DNA from: a bacterium | Lineage (GTDB): Archaea > Thermoplasmatota > E2 > JACPAO01 > JAHFTW01 | Assembly: GCA_040390065.1 (NCBI GenBank) | Contig: JAZJZE010000005.1 | Coordinates: 1 to 64,000 of the forward strand | Length of the DNA stretch: 64,000 nucleotides | Direction: 5' to 3' | Shown: positions 49,764 through 60,068 of the stretch, piece by piece | How positions within the stretch are numbered: the first letter of the stretch is position 1 | How the letters are laid out: the number at the start of each line of letters is the position of its first letter | Notes under the pieces: model-generated | Told to the model about the DNA's origin: nothing | Database searches by the model: none | Seen by the model: the letters and a program-made list of their open reading frames with translations, nothing else | Position numbers and translations under genes: made by a program

Positions 49764-50720
49764 TCAGGCCTGGGCGCGGTCGTAGGCGCGACGCGCGGGC
49801 ACGCTCAACGCGATGCCCAGCATGTACAAGCCGAAGAGCGGCCCGGACACCAGGAGTTGGCTGACGGGCGTCGGGTCCGGCGTCGCAAGGCCCGCAAGAA
49901 GCAGGATGGCGACGAGAGTGTGGCGCCACTTTCGGACGTAGCCGCGTGGCGTGGCAAAGCCGAGGCGCGCCAGGGCCACCATGACGAGCGGCGTCTGGAA
50001 GGCAAGACCCGTGAGGCCCAGGAACATGAGCGTGAAGCCCACGAACTCGTTGACGTCGAGGTAGTTGGCGGCGCCGAGGACGGCGGAGAACGAATACAAG
50101 GCGCGGTACCCGGCGGGCAAGACCGTCGAGTAGGCGAAGAGCACGCCAATCAAGAACAGAAGCGACGTCGGCGCGATGAAGCGCCACATGAGGTGCCGTT
50201 CGCGCGCCCGCATGGCTGGCAGGATGAAGCCGCCCAGTTGCGCCAGAACATACGGGAGGGCAAGCAGGATGCCGAGGCCGACGGCGATGTCGAACAGGGC
50301 GACGAAGCCGTCCATGGGCCGCAGCACGATGAGCTGGACGCCGGCCGGGACGAGGTCGTGCGCCATGCGCCGGAAGACCTGCGCCGCCAAGTTGTCGACG
50401 GCGTCGAAGCCGACGTATGGCGGGAAGGCCTCGATGCGCACGAGCATGACCAAGATGATGGCGCCGACGATGGCGATGAGGATGCGCCGGATGCGCCGCC
50501 CCAAGTCCTTGGCGTGCCCCATGAACGTGTCCTGGTCGGGGCCGGTCCGGCGTTTGGCAAGGGCAGCCGAGACGCCGGCCAGCATGGCAAGGAGAAGCAG
50601 CGCCGCGACGCTCGCCCACGTGGCCCACGCCGGCAGGTCGACGGGAGGCGCCACGCGGCGGCGACGGAGGGCCGCCCCTTGATGGTTTGCCCGGCCCTGC
50701 GCGGGCGGCCCGGCGCCCAT
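49764..50720 (-). CDS. tatC: Twin-arginine translocase TatC
   Basis: H..DL.RR, FILPAM..RER, FQTP, WRH, TPDPTPVSQ; start uncertain. Confidence 0.88.
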   Translation of the reverse strand: MGAGPPAQGRANHQGAALRRRRVAPPVDLPAWATWASVAALLLLAMLAGVSAALAKRRTGPDQDTFMGHAKDLGRRIRRILIAIVGAIILVMLVRIEAFPPYVGFDAVDNLAAQVFRRMAHDLVPAGVQLIVLRPMDGFVALFDIAVGLGILLALPYVLAQLGGFILPAMRARERHLMWRFIAPTSLLFLIGVLFAYSTVLPAGYRALYSFSAVLGAANYLDVNEFVGFTLMFLGLTGLAFQTPLVMVALARLGFATPRGYVRKWRHTLVAILLLAGLATPDPTPVSQLLVSGPLFGLYMLGIALSVPARRAYDRAQA

Positions 50721-50785
50721 GGACCCCCTCCTTGGCCTTTAAGGGCGGACCCGGCCTACAACCCCTGTTGCGCGACCTTCTGGCA

Positions 50786-51796
50786 TTGCGGGCCATCTGC
50801 TCCGCCCCGGGCAAGGTCATCCTCTTCGGCGAGCACGCGGTGGTGTACGGCCATCCCGCCCTGGCGGCGGCCACGGACCAACGCACGGTCGTCGAGGTCG
50901 ACTGCTGCGGCGACCGCTTCACGGTCAACGGCTACCGCATCCATGACCGCTACCACTCGTACCTCGTCACGGCGGTCGAGCGCGTGTGGAAGCGCGCCGA
51001 GCCGATCCGCATCCAGACCGAAGGGGGGGTGCCGTCGGCGTCGGGCACCGGATCGTCTGCGGCGTTGACCGTGGCGACCGTCGGCGCATTGCACCAGCTG
51101 CAGGACCGCCGTGAACTCGCCGCGCTTGCCCAGGACGCCTTCGAGGTCGAACGGGCGACCCAGGGCGGGGGTTCGCCCACGGACACGAGCATCGTCACGG
51201 CGGGCGGCGGCATCGCGATCGCCGGCATGGCGGACCCGCCCAAGGTCGGCGAGCATCTGTGGGACGTGCATTGGCGCGAGCCGGGCCAGGAACGCAGTTG
51301 GACTGTGGAGCGCATCGATATCCCAGAACTGACCGTCGTGATCGGCAACTCAGGCGTGAAGGGCCGCACCGATGAACAGGTGGCGAAAGTCGCCATGGCG
51401 GCGAAGAAGAGCGCCGTCGTGCGCGACTCGCTGGCAGAGATCGGGCGCCTGACGCGTGAAGCCGTGCCGGCGCTGCGGCGGCGTGACTGGGTGGCCATCG
51501 GCGGCCTTCTCGACAAGGCCCACTCGGCCATGCACACGCTCGGCGTCAACCATCCGGCCGTCGAGGGCCTGGTGCAGGCCGCCCGCGCAACGCCGGGCAC
51601 GTTCGGGGCCAAACTCACGGGCGCAGGCGGTGGCGGCAGCATGTTCGCCCTCACGGAACGGCCGGAGGCGGTCGCCAAGGCCATCGCGGCAAAAGGTGGG
51701 ACGCCCTTCATCGTCCGCCTTGGTGGCCCGGGTGTGCAGTGGGAGGAGCCCGCCAAGGCCCTGGAGCCTCCTGGCGCCCCTGAAGGGGCCGTTTAA
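50786..51796 (+). CDS. mvk: Mevalonate kinase
   Basis: SAPGKVILFGEHAVVYG, PSASGTGSSAA, SPTD, GAKLTGAGGGG; TTG start inferred. Confidence 0.9.
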   Translation: MRAICSAPGKVILFGEHAVVYGHPALAAATDQRTVVEVDCCGDRFTVNGYRIHDRYHSYLVTAVERVWKRAEPIRIQTEGGVPSASGTGSSAALTVATVGALHQLQDRRELAALAQDAFEVERATQGGGSPTDTSIVTAGGGIAIAGMADPPKVGEHLWDVHWREPGQERSWTVERIDIPELTVVIGNSGVKGRTDEQVAKVAMAAKKSAVVRDSLAEIGRLTREAVPALRRRDWVAIGGLLDKAHSAMHTLGVNHPAVEGLVQAARATPGTFGAKLTGAGGGGSMFALTERPEAVAKAIAAKGGTPFIVRLGGPGVQWEEPAKALEPPGAPEGAV

Positions 51797-51841
51797 CCTT
51801 TGCCCGTCGGCCAGATAAGCCCCACCGGGGGAGCATGGCGC

Positions 51842-52339
51842 ATGGGTCGACTTCCTCTCCTGTTCAGCGTGATGGGCGTGGCGGTGGCCCTTTCCGGCTG
51901 CTCCGGCGGCTCCTCGACGACCGGCGCCCCCGGCTTCGGCTCCTCGTCGCCCGCCAACGGCAATGGCACGATTCTCCAAACCCTGACACAGACGGGCGCC
52001 GACGGCGTCGTCTCCATCGTCACGCAGACCGTGACATCCGCCGTGCCGCCCAGCAGCCAACCCGCATCGAACCCTGTCGGCGCTTCCTCGGCGCCCACGC
52101 ACTCGGCCAGCAACACGCAAGCGAATCCCCCCACGACGTCACCGTCCGCCTCGCAGGCCACATCCACCTCGACCGCGGCCTCGTCGTCCACGGCAAGCGC
52201 GACCAGCAGTTCCACCACGTCGACGTCGGGCACGACGAGCAGTTCGACCACCTCCACATCGACGACGAGCGGCCTTCCCACGGTACCGGTCACGCCGCCG
52301 ACGGTGCCGATTACGCCGCCGATCACGCCACCCATCTGA
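51842..52339 (+). CDS. Ser/Thr/Pro-rich low-complexity lipoprotein
   Basis: LSGC lipobox; S/T run; ends PVTPPTVPITPPITPPI. Confidence 0.7.
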   Translation: MGRLPLLFSVMGVAVALSGCSGGSSTTGAPGFGSSSPANGNGTILQTLTQTGADGVVSIVTQTVTSAVPPSSQPASNPVGASSAPTHSASNTQANPPTTSPSASQATSTSTAASSSTASATSSSTTSTSGTTSSSTTSTSTTSGLPTVPVTPPTVPITPPITPPI

Positions 52340-52380
52340 GCGCCGAAAGCCACAAAGCGAGCCAAGGCCTCCCCACCGTG

Positions 52381-53160
52381 ATGGCCCGCCCCGTGCTCCT
52401 CAAGCTCGGCGGCTCGATCCTGACCGACAAGCAGGCCGAACGCTCCTTCCGACGCGGCGTCGCAAGCCGCCTATGCCAGGAAATCGCCAAGGCCAAGGTG
52501 CCCACGGTCGTGCTGCACGGCGCTGGCTCGTTCGGCCACCCGATCGTTGCCCGCAGCGGCATCGGCACGGGCAGCCTGGATGCGGGGAAAGCCGCCTGCG
52601 TGGGGGAAACCTTCGCCGGCCTGGCCGAGCTGGAAGGCCGCCTGCTCACCGCCGCCTCCGCCGCCGGCCTGCGCCCGGTCCCGCTGCCGCTGCATCTCGG
52701 CGTGCGCTATGACGCACAAGGTAACCTGTCCGAATTGCCCGCTGGCGAGATCACGGATCTCCTGGCCGACGGATGGACCCCAATCCTGCACGGGACATTG
52801 GTGCGGCACCCGCGCGTCGGCTGGCAAGTCCTTGGGGCAGACCGGCTGATGGCGGAACTTGCTCCGATGCTGCAGCCCCGCCTTGCCCTCTTTGCCAGCG
52901 ACGTCGACGGCGTCTACTCGGCGGACCCCAAGAGCAACCCTGCAGCCACGCTCCTGCCTCAGGTGTCCCGCCACCTGGCCGGCGCGGGCTCCTCGGAGGG
53001 CACCGGATGGGACGTGACGGGGCGCATGGAAGGCAAGCTGGCGCACGCCCTTGCCGTGGCAGAGCACTGCCCGACTCTCATCGTCAACGGCCTGGTGCGT
53101 GGCCGTGTGCTCGACGCCCTGCGGGGAAAACCTGTCACCGGCACCCGCATCACGCGCTAG
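52381..53160 (+). CDS. ipk: Isopentenyl phosphate kinase
   Basis: LKLGGSILTDK, HGAGSFGH, DVDGVY..DP, DVTGRM..K; isoprenoid gene context. Confidence 0.9.
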   Translation: MARPVLLKLGGSILTDKQAERSFRRGVASRLCQEIAKAKVPTVVLHGAGSFGHPIVARSGIGTGSLDAGKAACVGETFAGLAELEGRLLTAASAAGLRPVPLPLHLGVRYDAQGNLSELPAGEITDLLADGWTPILHGTLVRHPRVGWQVLGADRLMAELAPMLQPRLALFASDVDGVYSADPKSNPAATLLPQVSRHLAGAGSSEGTGWDVTGRMEGKLAHALAVAEHCPTLIVNGLVRGRVLDALRGKPVTGTRITR

Positions 53161-53239
53161 GCCCTTCCCTGTTGCGCGCCCCCGTCGGCCAGACCAACGG
53201 TTTCAAAGACCCCCACCCTGCGGGGGCCGAGGACATCGC

Positions 53240-53524
53240 ATGCCTACACTCCCCAACGTCACGCCGCACCACCAGAAGATCTACAACTTCCTCTTCGAGG
53301 GCGGCTACACGAACGAGAACAAATTGCAGGACGCGGACAAGATCGCGCTCGGCGTCAAGCTTTCCAAGGGCGTCGTGGCCAACCTCCTCCTGGACCTGGA
53401 GAAGAAGGGCTTCGTGAAGCGCGTTGCCCGTGGCAAGGCGGCCGGCTACTTCATCACGAGCATCCCCGAGGAGCAGCCCAAAACGAAGGGCGAAGGCGAG
53501 TTCTCCGCCGAGGACATCTTCTAG
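53240..53524 (+). CDS. Small winged-HTH protein
   Basis: ADKIA..LSKGVVANLLLDLEKKGFVKRV..GY. Confidence 0.72.
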   Translation: MPTLPNVTPHHQKIYNFLFEGGYTNENKLQDADKIALGVKLSKGVVANLLLDLEKKGFVKRVARGKAAGYFITSIPEEQPKTKGEGEFSAEDIF

Positions 53525-53562
53525 CCCGAACCTACTTCAGCCTCGGCGGCGGTGCGTCCGGC

Positions 53563-55014
53563 GTGGTGAGGCAAAGGGTGGCGCGCGCAGCAGCCGCGGC
53601 TGGCCTCCTCGTCCTCGTCACCGTCCTTGCCGGCTGCAGCGGTGGGCCTGGGCCTGCTGATGCCGGCGGCCTGCCCGAGGGCGGCCTCGGCGGCGGGCCC
53701 ATGGATGCCGCCGTCCTCGACAGCCGCGAACAGCGCGGACCTCTCACACGCATCTGGGTGGGCCGCGACCTCGGATGCCAGGTCGAGCGGACGGGCGACT
53801 CGTTCTACCAGTTCTTCCCGCCGCGCGCCGCGCCGGCGGATTGTGGCACCTTCCTTCTCGTGGCGGGGACGCTCTACGCCCCCGATTTCGAGGGCCATTC
53901 CGGAACGGCCACGAGTCGCTTGCGGGACCACACCCCCTTCACGCCCATCAACCAGACGGCCGTGACGGGTGACGGGCTCGTCGCCTCGCCCTTCCAGGTC
54001 GTCACCACCGTCGCCGTCGGGGACACTGGAGTACGCATCGTCGAGACCGACAGCTACGTCCCGGGCGATGACTTCTATTCCACGTCCGTCGAGGTGCGAA
54101 ACGAAGGGTCCGCGGGGTACGGCAGCGTCAGCATGTTCCGCGCCGGCGACTGCTATCTCGGCGACTCCGACGTCGGCTATGGCTTCACGGAAGTCGCCGT
54201 GCCAGACTCCATCGGTTGCAGCAAGAACCCGAACAACGAGCCGTCCGGACGCATCGAGGAATGGCTGCCCGACACGCCGCCAAGCAGCCATTACGAGGCC
54301 GCCTACCACGATGTGTGGGCGGCCATCGGTCGCAACGGCACGCTGCCTGGCACGTGCGACTGCACGCGGGCGCACGACAACGGCGCAGCCCTCGTGTGGG
54401 ACTTCCCGCTACCGTCCGGGGCGGTCGTGACGCAGGGCCATCGCCTACGCTTCAGCCCCTTTGCCGTCACCGGACCGAGCCGTCGGCCGCCCGACGTCGA
54501 TCCAGTGCAGCCACCCTGCCAGGCCCTCGACTTCGAGGCACCCGGAAAGGCCGTCCTGCCGCGTTCGCATGCGTACGATCTTCCAGGCGTCGGCCACAAC
54601 TGGACCGTGCGGGACGGTGCCGTGGACCTCTACCTGCCGGGAGACGTGGATTTCCCGGCGGACTTCCGCAATGCCACGACCCTCGCCTTCGTCGACCTCG
54701 CAGCGACCCTCGAGACGGCCGGGACGCTCACGACCAACATCACCTTCCCAGCGGGCACGTCATCGTTGTCGTTCACCATGGCCGGCAACCACCGGCGCGA
54801 GGGCCGTGACTCAGTCGAAGTGGTGTTCGGAGGCCTCGTGTGGCAAGTGGATCTCGATTGGGATGCGCCGTGGGGCGTCCAGGAGTTCCCGTTCAACAAC
54901 ACGCTCGCGGGGCCGGAACGCCGCGACATCTCGTTCCACTGGCTGGGTTCGGGCCGCGAAGGGCCGGTCCTTTCCAGCATCCTGGTCTGCACGCAGCCGC
55001 TGCCAAACCGCTAG
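53563..55014 (+). CDS. Hypothetical lipoprotein with beta-sandwich domains
   Basis: LAGC lipobox; DNGAALVWD motif; C-terminal DUF642-like VDL..SF.MAGN pattern. Confidence 0.7.
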   Translation: MVRQRVARAAAAAGLLVLVTVLAGCSGGPGPADAGGLPEGGLGGGPMDAAVLDSREQRGPLTRIWVGRDLGCQVERTGDSFYQFFPPRAAPADCGTFLLVAGTLYAPDFEGHSGTATSRLRDHTPFTPINQTAVTGDGLVASPFQVVTTVAVGDTGVRIVETDSYVPGDDFYSTSVEVRNEGSAGYGSVSMFRAGDCYLGDSDVGYGFTEVAVPDSIGCSKNPNNEPSGRIEEWLPDTPPSSHYEAAYHDVWAAIGRNGTLPGTCDCTRAHDNGAALVWDFPLPSGAVVTQGHRLRFSPFAVTGPSRRPPDVDPVQPPCQALDFEAPGKAVLPRSHAYDLPGVGHNWTVRDGAVDLYLPGDVDFPADFRNATTLAFVDLAATLETAGTLTTNITFPAGTSSLSFTMAGNHRREGRDSVEVVFGGLVWQVDLDWDAPWGVQEFPFNNTLAGPERRDISFHWLGSGREGPVLSSILVCTQPLPNR

Positions 55015-55153
55015 CGGCGCCAGGCAATCCATCAGCCGGGCCACGATGCGCCGCCATGGTGCTGCGGATTTGCAGGGATTTGACATTCGGCAGATAGGGA
55101 CTGTCGGACAATCCTCAACTACCCGGGAAAACGCTCCCAATGCGGTCCGTCGC

Positions 55154-56995
55154 ATGCAAGGCCCTCCTCCTCCAGTGTCATCGCTGACCCGCCGTGCCGC
55201 GTGCTGGGCGGCCGCCGGGTTGACCGTCCTTACCGCGTTGGCCCCGCTCGCCGACGGCGCAGGCGCAACCATTTCCGACGGCACGATCGGTCTCGGCGTC
55301 GTCGACAAGGGCGACCTGAAGTACAACGGCGCAGTCTCCTCGAACTGCCACAATTTCTACTACACGATGCGCCTCCTCAGCACGAACCAGGAAGCGCTCG
55401 ACTGCGACGTCGAGGGTGAAGGTTGGGGCCTCGGGTACGACATGGGCGCCGCCCCGAGTCCAGCAAGCGGAGGCACGCGCTGCTGGGCATCGACGGGCTC
55501 CGCCTCCGGCGCCGATTCGTCGCCACCTCCCGCCGTCGTCTCGTTCACGTCCACGCCCACCACCGCCACGTCAATCATCACTTGCGGCTCGGTCCGCATG
55601 ACACAGAAGTACGAACCCGTTGCCAGCCATCCGGAGTTGTACAAGGACAACATCACGGTGCAGAACATCGGGTCGGCGACGCTGACGCAGTTCCACTACC
55701 GGCGCGCCATGTCATGGGGCAGCCTCGACTTTTACGATGACTGGACCTACAACAACATCGGCGTCTTGCCGTTTGGCAGCCTGCCCCCGTCGGTCCTCTA
55801 CCGCACGGGATTGGCGCTCAGCTCGGCCAAACTCGACCCCACGCAGCCACCGGAATACCTCGTGCTGGGACCGCCAGGTAATCCCGAAGTCTACCACGTT
55901 GGCGAGGACCTGGGGATGGTCTGGGAATTCAACTTCGGTGACTTCCTGCCGGGCGCCAAGCAGCCATTCACGCTGTACTACGGCATCGCGGCGGACACGG
56001 CGTCCGCGATGCAGGCCCTCTCGGACGTCAACGCCCAGGTCTACAACCTCGCATACGTGCACTCTGCCCAGACGGAGCCCGACTACCATGGCCCAGTGGA
56101 GATCATGGCGTTTGGCGACCTGCCGGGAATTCCGCCACCGCCTCCTGTTCCGCCGCAAGCGAGCTTCAAGTGGACTCCGGAGTCGGGCGGCTGCGGGCCT
56201 CACCCGGTGCACTTCAAGGACGCCTCGGTCGCGGGCGACGCCCCTATCATCGCTTACCAATGGTCCTTCGGCGATGGTTCGACCAGCGGCGAGAAGGACC
56301 CGACGCACACCTACGCCGAGCCTGGAACATACGACGCCTCCGAAACGGTCACCGACGAGAACGGCAAGACGTCGACGTACACGCAGGCCGTCACGGCCAC
56401 GGCCGGCGAGCCTTGCCCCGCACCCACGGACCCGCAGGGCAACCCACAGGCGCCTCGCCCGCCGCACGATGGCGTAAGCGACGACGAGGCCGGCGCGGAC
56501 TCGGACGGCGACCACGTGGTGGACCGCATCGACGACTGCCCCACGGTCGCGAACGCCAACCAGAAGGACACCGACCTGGACGGCCACGGCGACGTCTGTG
56601 ACACGGACCTCGACGGCGACTCGTTCCTGAACGCGGCCGACAACTGCCCGCTCATCAACAACCGCGACCAGGATGACCTCGACGGCGACGGCGACGGCGA
56701 CGCGTGTGACACGGACGTGGACGGCGACACCGTCCCAGACGTCCTGGACAACTGCCCGCGATACCCCAACGCGGAACAGACCGACGCGAACCTCGATGGA
56801 CTCGGGGACGCTTGCGAAGTCGACGTCCAACCGGCGATGGCCCTGCACGAGGCACCGCGGTCGGCACCCGCAGGGGCAAGCGGAGTCTCAGCACCTGCCG
56901 CCTCCAAGTCCGGCGCCTGGCTCCCGTACGTCCTGCTGGGCGCGGCGGGCCTGGTCGCGGCCTTGGTGGTCGCCTTCCGCCGCCGCGCGGAATAA
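55154..56995 (+). CDS. Secreted PKD + TSP3-repeat protein, C-terminal TM
   Basis: N-half resembles 6535-8838, C-half resembles 8907-10667; WSFGDG; TSP3 repeats; tail RRRAE. Confidence 0.85.
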   Translation: MQGPPPPVSSLTRRAACWAAAGLTVLTALAPLADGAGATISDGTIGLGVVDKGDLKYNGAVSSNCHNFYYTMRLLSTNQEALDCDVEGEGWGLGYDMGAAPSPASGGTRCWASTGSASGADSSPPPAVVSFTSTPTTATSIITCGSVRMTQKYEPVASHPELYKDNITVQNIGSATLTQFHYRRAMSWGSLDFYDDWTYNNIGVLPFGSLPPSVLYRTGLALSSAKLDPTQPPEYLVLGPPGNPEVYHVGEDLGMVWEFNFGDFLPGAKQPFTLYYGIAADTASAMQALSDVNAQVYNLAYVHSAQTEPDYHGPVEIMAFGDLPGIPPPPPVPPQASFKWTPESGGCGPHPVHFKDASVAGDAPIIAYQWSFGDGSTSGEKDPTHTYAEPGTYDASETVTDENGKTSTYTQAVTATAGEPCPAPTDPQGNPQAPRPPHDGVSDDEAGADSDGDHVVDRIDDCPTVANANQKDTDLDGHGDVCDTDLDGDSFLNAADNCPLINNRDQDDLDGDGDGDACDTDVDGDTVPDVLDNCPRYPNAEQTDANLDGLGDACEVDVQPAMALHEAPRSAPAGASGVSAPAASKSGAWLPYVLLGAAGLVAALVVAFRRRAE

Positions 56996-57014
56996 GCTCT
57001 AAGCCAGCCACGAC

Positions 57015-58097
57015 GTGCCACGCGGCGTGGCCAAGGCCCAGAAGCGGACGGCAAAGGACAAGGCCGCAGCGCTGGAGACCGAACGGCGCAAGGAAGAGCA
57101 CCTGCGCATCCCCTTGGAGCGCGACGTGCAGTCCATGGCCAACCCGTGGGATGCCATCCGCCTGCCGCACAACGCGGTGCCCGAAATGGACAAGGCCGAC
57201 GTGCGCCTGGGGACGACGTTCCTCGGGCATCGGCTCGCGGCACCGATCCTGGTCACCGGCATGACGGGCGGCGCCCGCAAGGCCAAGGAATTCAACGACC
57301 GCCTGGCTGCAGCCGCCGCTGCGCACGGCCTTGCCATGGGTGTCGGCTCGCAGCGTGCCGCCATCGAGAATCCGGCCCTGGCGGATACGTATTCGGTGAT
57401 CCTCGACCACAAGGTCCCGATGCGCCTTGCCAACCTCGGCCTGCCTCAGCTCATCCTTTGGGGGGAAGACGCAGTCGGCAACGCGGAGAAGGCGGTCGCC
57501 ATGGTCGAGGCGCACGCCCTGTGCATCCACCTCAACTTCTTGCAGGAAGCCGTGCAACCGGAAGGCGACACGGGCGCCCGCGGCGGGCTTGCCGCCATCG
57601 CCCGGCTCTCGAAGGGCCTCAAGGTCCCTGTCATCGTGAAGGAAACGGGGGCGGGCATGACTGGAGCTACGGCGGCGCGCCTTGCCAAAGCCGGCGCGTC
57701 CGCGATTGACGTCGGCGGGCTCGGGGGCACGAGTTTCAGCGCCGTGGAGCATTGGCGTGCCGTCGACCAAGGCGACGCCGTCAAGGCCCGCCTCGGCAAG
57801 ACGTTCTGGGATTGGGGCGTGCCCACGCCGGAGGCAATCCGCCAGGCGCGAGCGGCCCTCCCCAAGATGCCCCTCATCGCCACCGGGGGCCTGCGAAACG
57901 GCCTCGACGCCTTGCGCGCACTGTGGCTCGGCGCGGACCTCGCGGGGTACGCGGGGCACCTCTTCCGGGCCGCTGCAACGGGGCCGGATGGAGCGACGCG
58001 CGAGGTCGCCCTTTTATTGGAAGAGTTGAAAACAGGCATGTTCCTGCTCGGTTTGCAAGACCCGGCCGCGGTGCGCGTGGCCGGAGGACCGTCATGA
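57015..58097 (+). CDS. fni: Type 2 isopentenyl-diphosphate isomerase
   Basis: RKEEHL, GMTGG, GVGSQR, HLNFLQE..QPEGD, KETG, GGTSF, TGGLRNG. Confidence 0.95.
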   Translation: MPRGVAKAQKRTAKDKAAALETERRKEEHLRIPLERDVQSMANPWDAIRLPHNAVPEMDKADVRLGTTFLGHRLAAPILVTGMTGGARKAKEFNDRLAAAAAAHGLAMGVGSQRAAIENPALADTYSVILDHKVPMRLANLGLPQLILWGEDAVGNAEKAVAMVEAHALCIHLNFLQEAVQPEGDTGARGGLAAIARLSKGLKVPVIVKETGAGMTGATAARLAKAGASAIDVGGLGGTSFSAVEHWRAVDQGDAVKARLGKTFWDWGVPTPEAIRQARAALPKMPLIATGGLRNGLDALRALWLGADLAGYAGHLFRAAATGPDGATREVALLLEELKTGMFLLGLQDPAAVRVAGGPS

Positions 58098-59086
58098 ACC
58101 TCGAAGCCGCGCTCCGTCCCTATCTCGACCAGTTCAACGATGAGCTGGGCAAATACCTCGTCAAGCGTGACCTCAAGCCCGAGGAACTCTACAACGCCAT
58201 CCGCCACTTGCCCATCACGGGCGGCGGCAAGCGTTTGCGGCCCATCGTCGCCATCCTGTCCGCCCAGGCGGTCGGCGGCGACTCGAAGAAGGTCATGCCG
58301 TACGGCGTCGCCCTCGAGATCCTGCACTCCTTCACCCTCATCCACGACGACATCATGGACGAATGCGACACGCGGCGCGGCATCCCGGCGGTGCACGCAA
58401 AGTGGGGAGTCCCGATGGGCATCCTCTCCGGCGACACGATGTTCGCCATGATCTTCGAGATCCTCAACCAGGTCGAGATGGACGACAAGATGTACCGCTC
58501 CATCACGCAGGACGTGGCGAAGCTTGCCCGGGAAGTCTGCGAGGGGCAGTACTGGGACATGTTCTTCGAGGAGCAGAAGAAGGTCGAGGAACTGCAGTAC
58601 TACCACATGATCGAGCGCAAGACGGCGACGTTCTTCGAGATCGCCATGAAGAACGGCGCCGAGCTCGGCGGCGGCGAGCCGCAGCAGGTCAAGAAGCTGG
58701 CCGAATGCGGTCGCCTCATGGGGCTTGCATTCCAGGTGTGGGACGACTACCTCGGCGTCACGGGCAAGGCGGAAGAGACCGGCAAGCCGGCGCGCAGCGA
58801 CATCCTGCAGGGCAAGAAGACGCTCGTCTATGTCTCCACGCACGCCAAACTCGACCCATTCGACCGCCGCCAATTCGTCGACCTGTACAAGATCGAGAAG
58901 AAGTCCGAGGCGGACGTCGAGGCCATCCTGAAGTTCATGGAGAAATCGGGCGGCCTCGAATACACGCGGAACCGCGCCCGCGAATTCTCGTCGTTCGCCA
59001 AGGCGACGTTGGCGGAACTGCCGGAAACGGCGGCGAAGCGTCTTCTGCTGATTCTCAGCGACTTCGCGAGCAACCGGTCCAAGTGA
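58094..59086 (+). CDS. Geranylgeranyl diphosphate synthase (polyprenyl synthetase)
   Basis: GGKRLRP, FTLIHDDIMD..RRG, EGQ..D, KT, FQVWDDYL, GKKT. Confidence 0.93.
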   Translation: MNLEAALRPYLDQFNDELGKYLVKRDLKPEELYNAIRHLPITGGGKRLRPIVAILSAQAVGGDSKKVMPYGVALEILHSFTLIHDDIMDECDTRRGIPAVHAKWGVPMGILSGDTMFAMIFEILNQVEMDDKMYRSITQDVAKLAREVCEGQYWDMFFEEQKKVEELQYYHMIERKTATFFEIAMKNGAELGGGEPQQVKKLAECGRLMGLAFQVWDDYLGVTGKAEETGKPARSDILQGKKTLVYVSTHAKLDPFDRRQFVDLYKIEKKSEADVEAILKFMEKSGGLEYTRNRAREFSSFAKATLAELPETAAKRLLLILSDFASNRSK

Positions 59087-59166
59087 CGGCGGCCGGTGCG
59101 TGGCCCGGAGCCTGCGTCGCCGTCAAGCGTGCACGGATGCGAGACCCTTCGTGCGTCTCGCCTGCG

Positions 59167-59571
59167 TCATTGCAATTCGTCGCCAATCACGTCCAACAGG
59201 TCCACGAAGGCCTGCGGCGTGAAGGGCGTGACCAGGACAGGGATGCCAGCCGGCGCCGCTTTCCGTCCGGCCGGCGCGTCGTGCGGTGCGGCCACGAGGA
59301 CGCACCGGATGTCCGGCCGGCGCTGGCGGGCCCAGCGCAGGAACTGCGCGCCTTGCACCTCGGGGATGTCGTGCTGGGCGACGACGACCTGCGCGGGCCA
59401 CGCGTCCAGGATGCGCATGGCCTCCTTGGTCTCGGTGGCGGTGGCGACGTCGAGCCCCTTGAACGCCATGGAGATGAAGGCCTCGAGGGCGGTCAGCAAG
59501 TCGAGGTCCGCGGCGACGACCAGGACGCGACGTGCATCCGTGTCGCCCGTTCCCGTTGTGCCGGCGGCCAT
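59167..59571 (-). CDS. Pseudo-receiver domain protein
   Basis: CheY-like pattern RVLVVAAD / VVVAQ..P..G / TPF lacking the canonical acidic residues and Lys. Confidence 0.6.
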   Translation of the reverse strand: MAAGTTGTGDTDARRVLVVAADLDLLTALEAFISMAFKGLDVATATETKEAMRILDAWPAQVVVAQHDIPEVQGAQFLRWARQRRPDIRCVLVAAPHDAPAGRKAAPAGIPVLVTPFTPQAFVDLLDVIGDELQ

Positions 59572-59717
59572 GGCGGCGCCCAAGCCCGACTGCGCACAAA
59601 AGGCGTCCACCCGTTGGTCGTGCGCCTTGTGTCTTGTGCAACGACTTGTGGCAAGATGCCGACACAACCGGTGCCCGCAAGCGCAAAGTCCTTTCATGGG
59701 GCACCGTTGGAGAACCC

Positions 59718-60068
59718 GTGGCAAAGGCCCCCCAAACGAGGTCCCAACCCGAGGGACGTGTCCGATCCGGGCGCGGTTTGCAGGTCCGCCGCGTGCAGGT
59801 GACGTTCACCGAGGCGCAGTGGGCCCTGATTGCCAGCCTACGCGGCGTCATGGGCGACAGCGACGCGACGGTCGTGCGCAACATGGTCATGGCCTGGCTC
59901 GCCGAGAAATCCCTCCTGACCACCGTGGCAAAGGAGCGCTTGGCCCGCTGGCCGCTCGAGCGCGTGCCGGAATCCTTCCAGGACTTGCCGATGGACAGCC
60001 CGCGGGAACGCGAATCCAAGGGTAAGGGCAGCCGGAGCTCGTCGGATCCGGAGCGCGCGACGCGTTAA
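59718..60068 (+). CDS. CopG/RHH-family regulator
   Basis: RRVQVTFTEAQW.LI..G.MG.SDA.VVRN.V.AWLAEKS. Confidence 0.7.
   Translation: MAKAPQTRSQPEGRVRSGRGLQVRRVQVTFTEAQWALIASLRGVMGDSDATVVRNMVMAWLAEKSLLTTVAKERLARWPLERVPESFQDLPMDSPRERESKGKGSRSSSDPERATR

Noticed and set aside
55154-55260. Tat signal (LTRRAAC) on the TSP3 protein
   Set aside because: Lacks the hydrophobic consensus after RR; paralogs have Sec-like leaders
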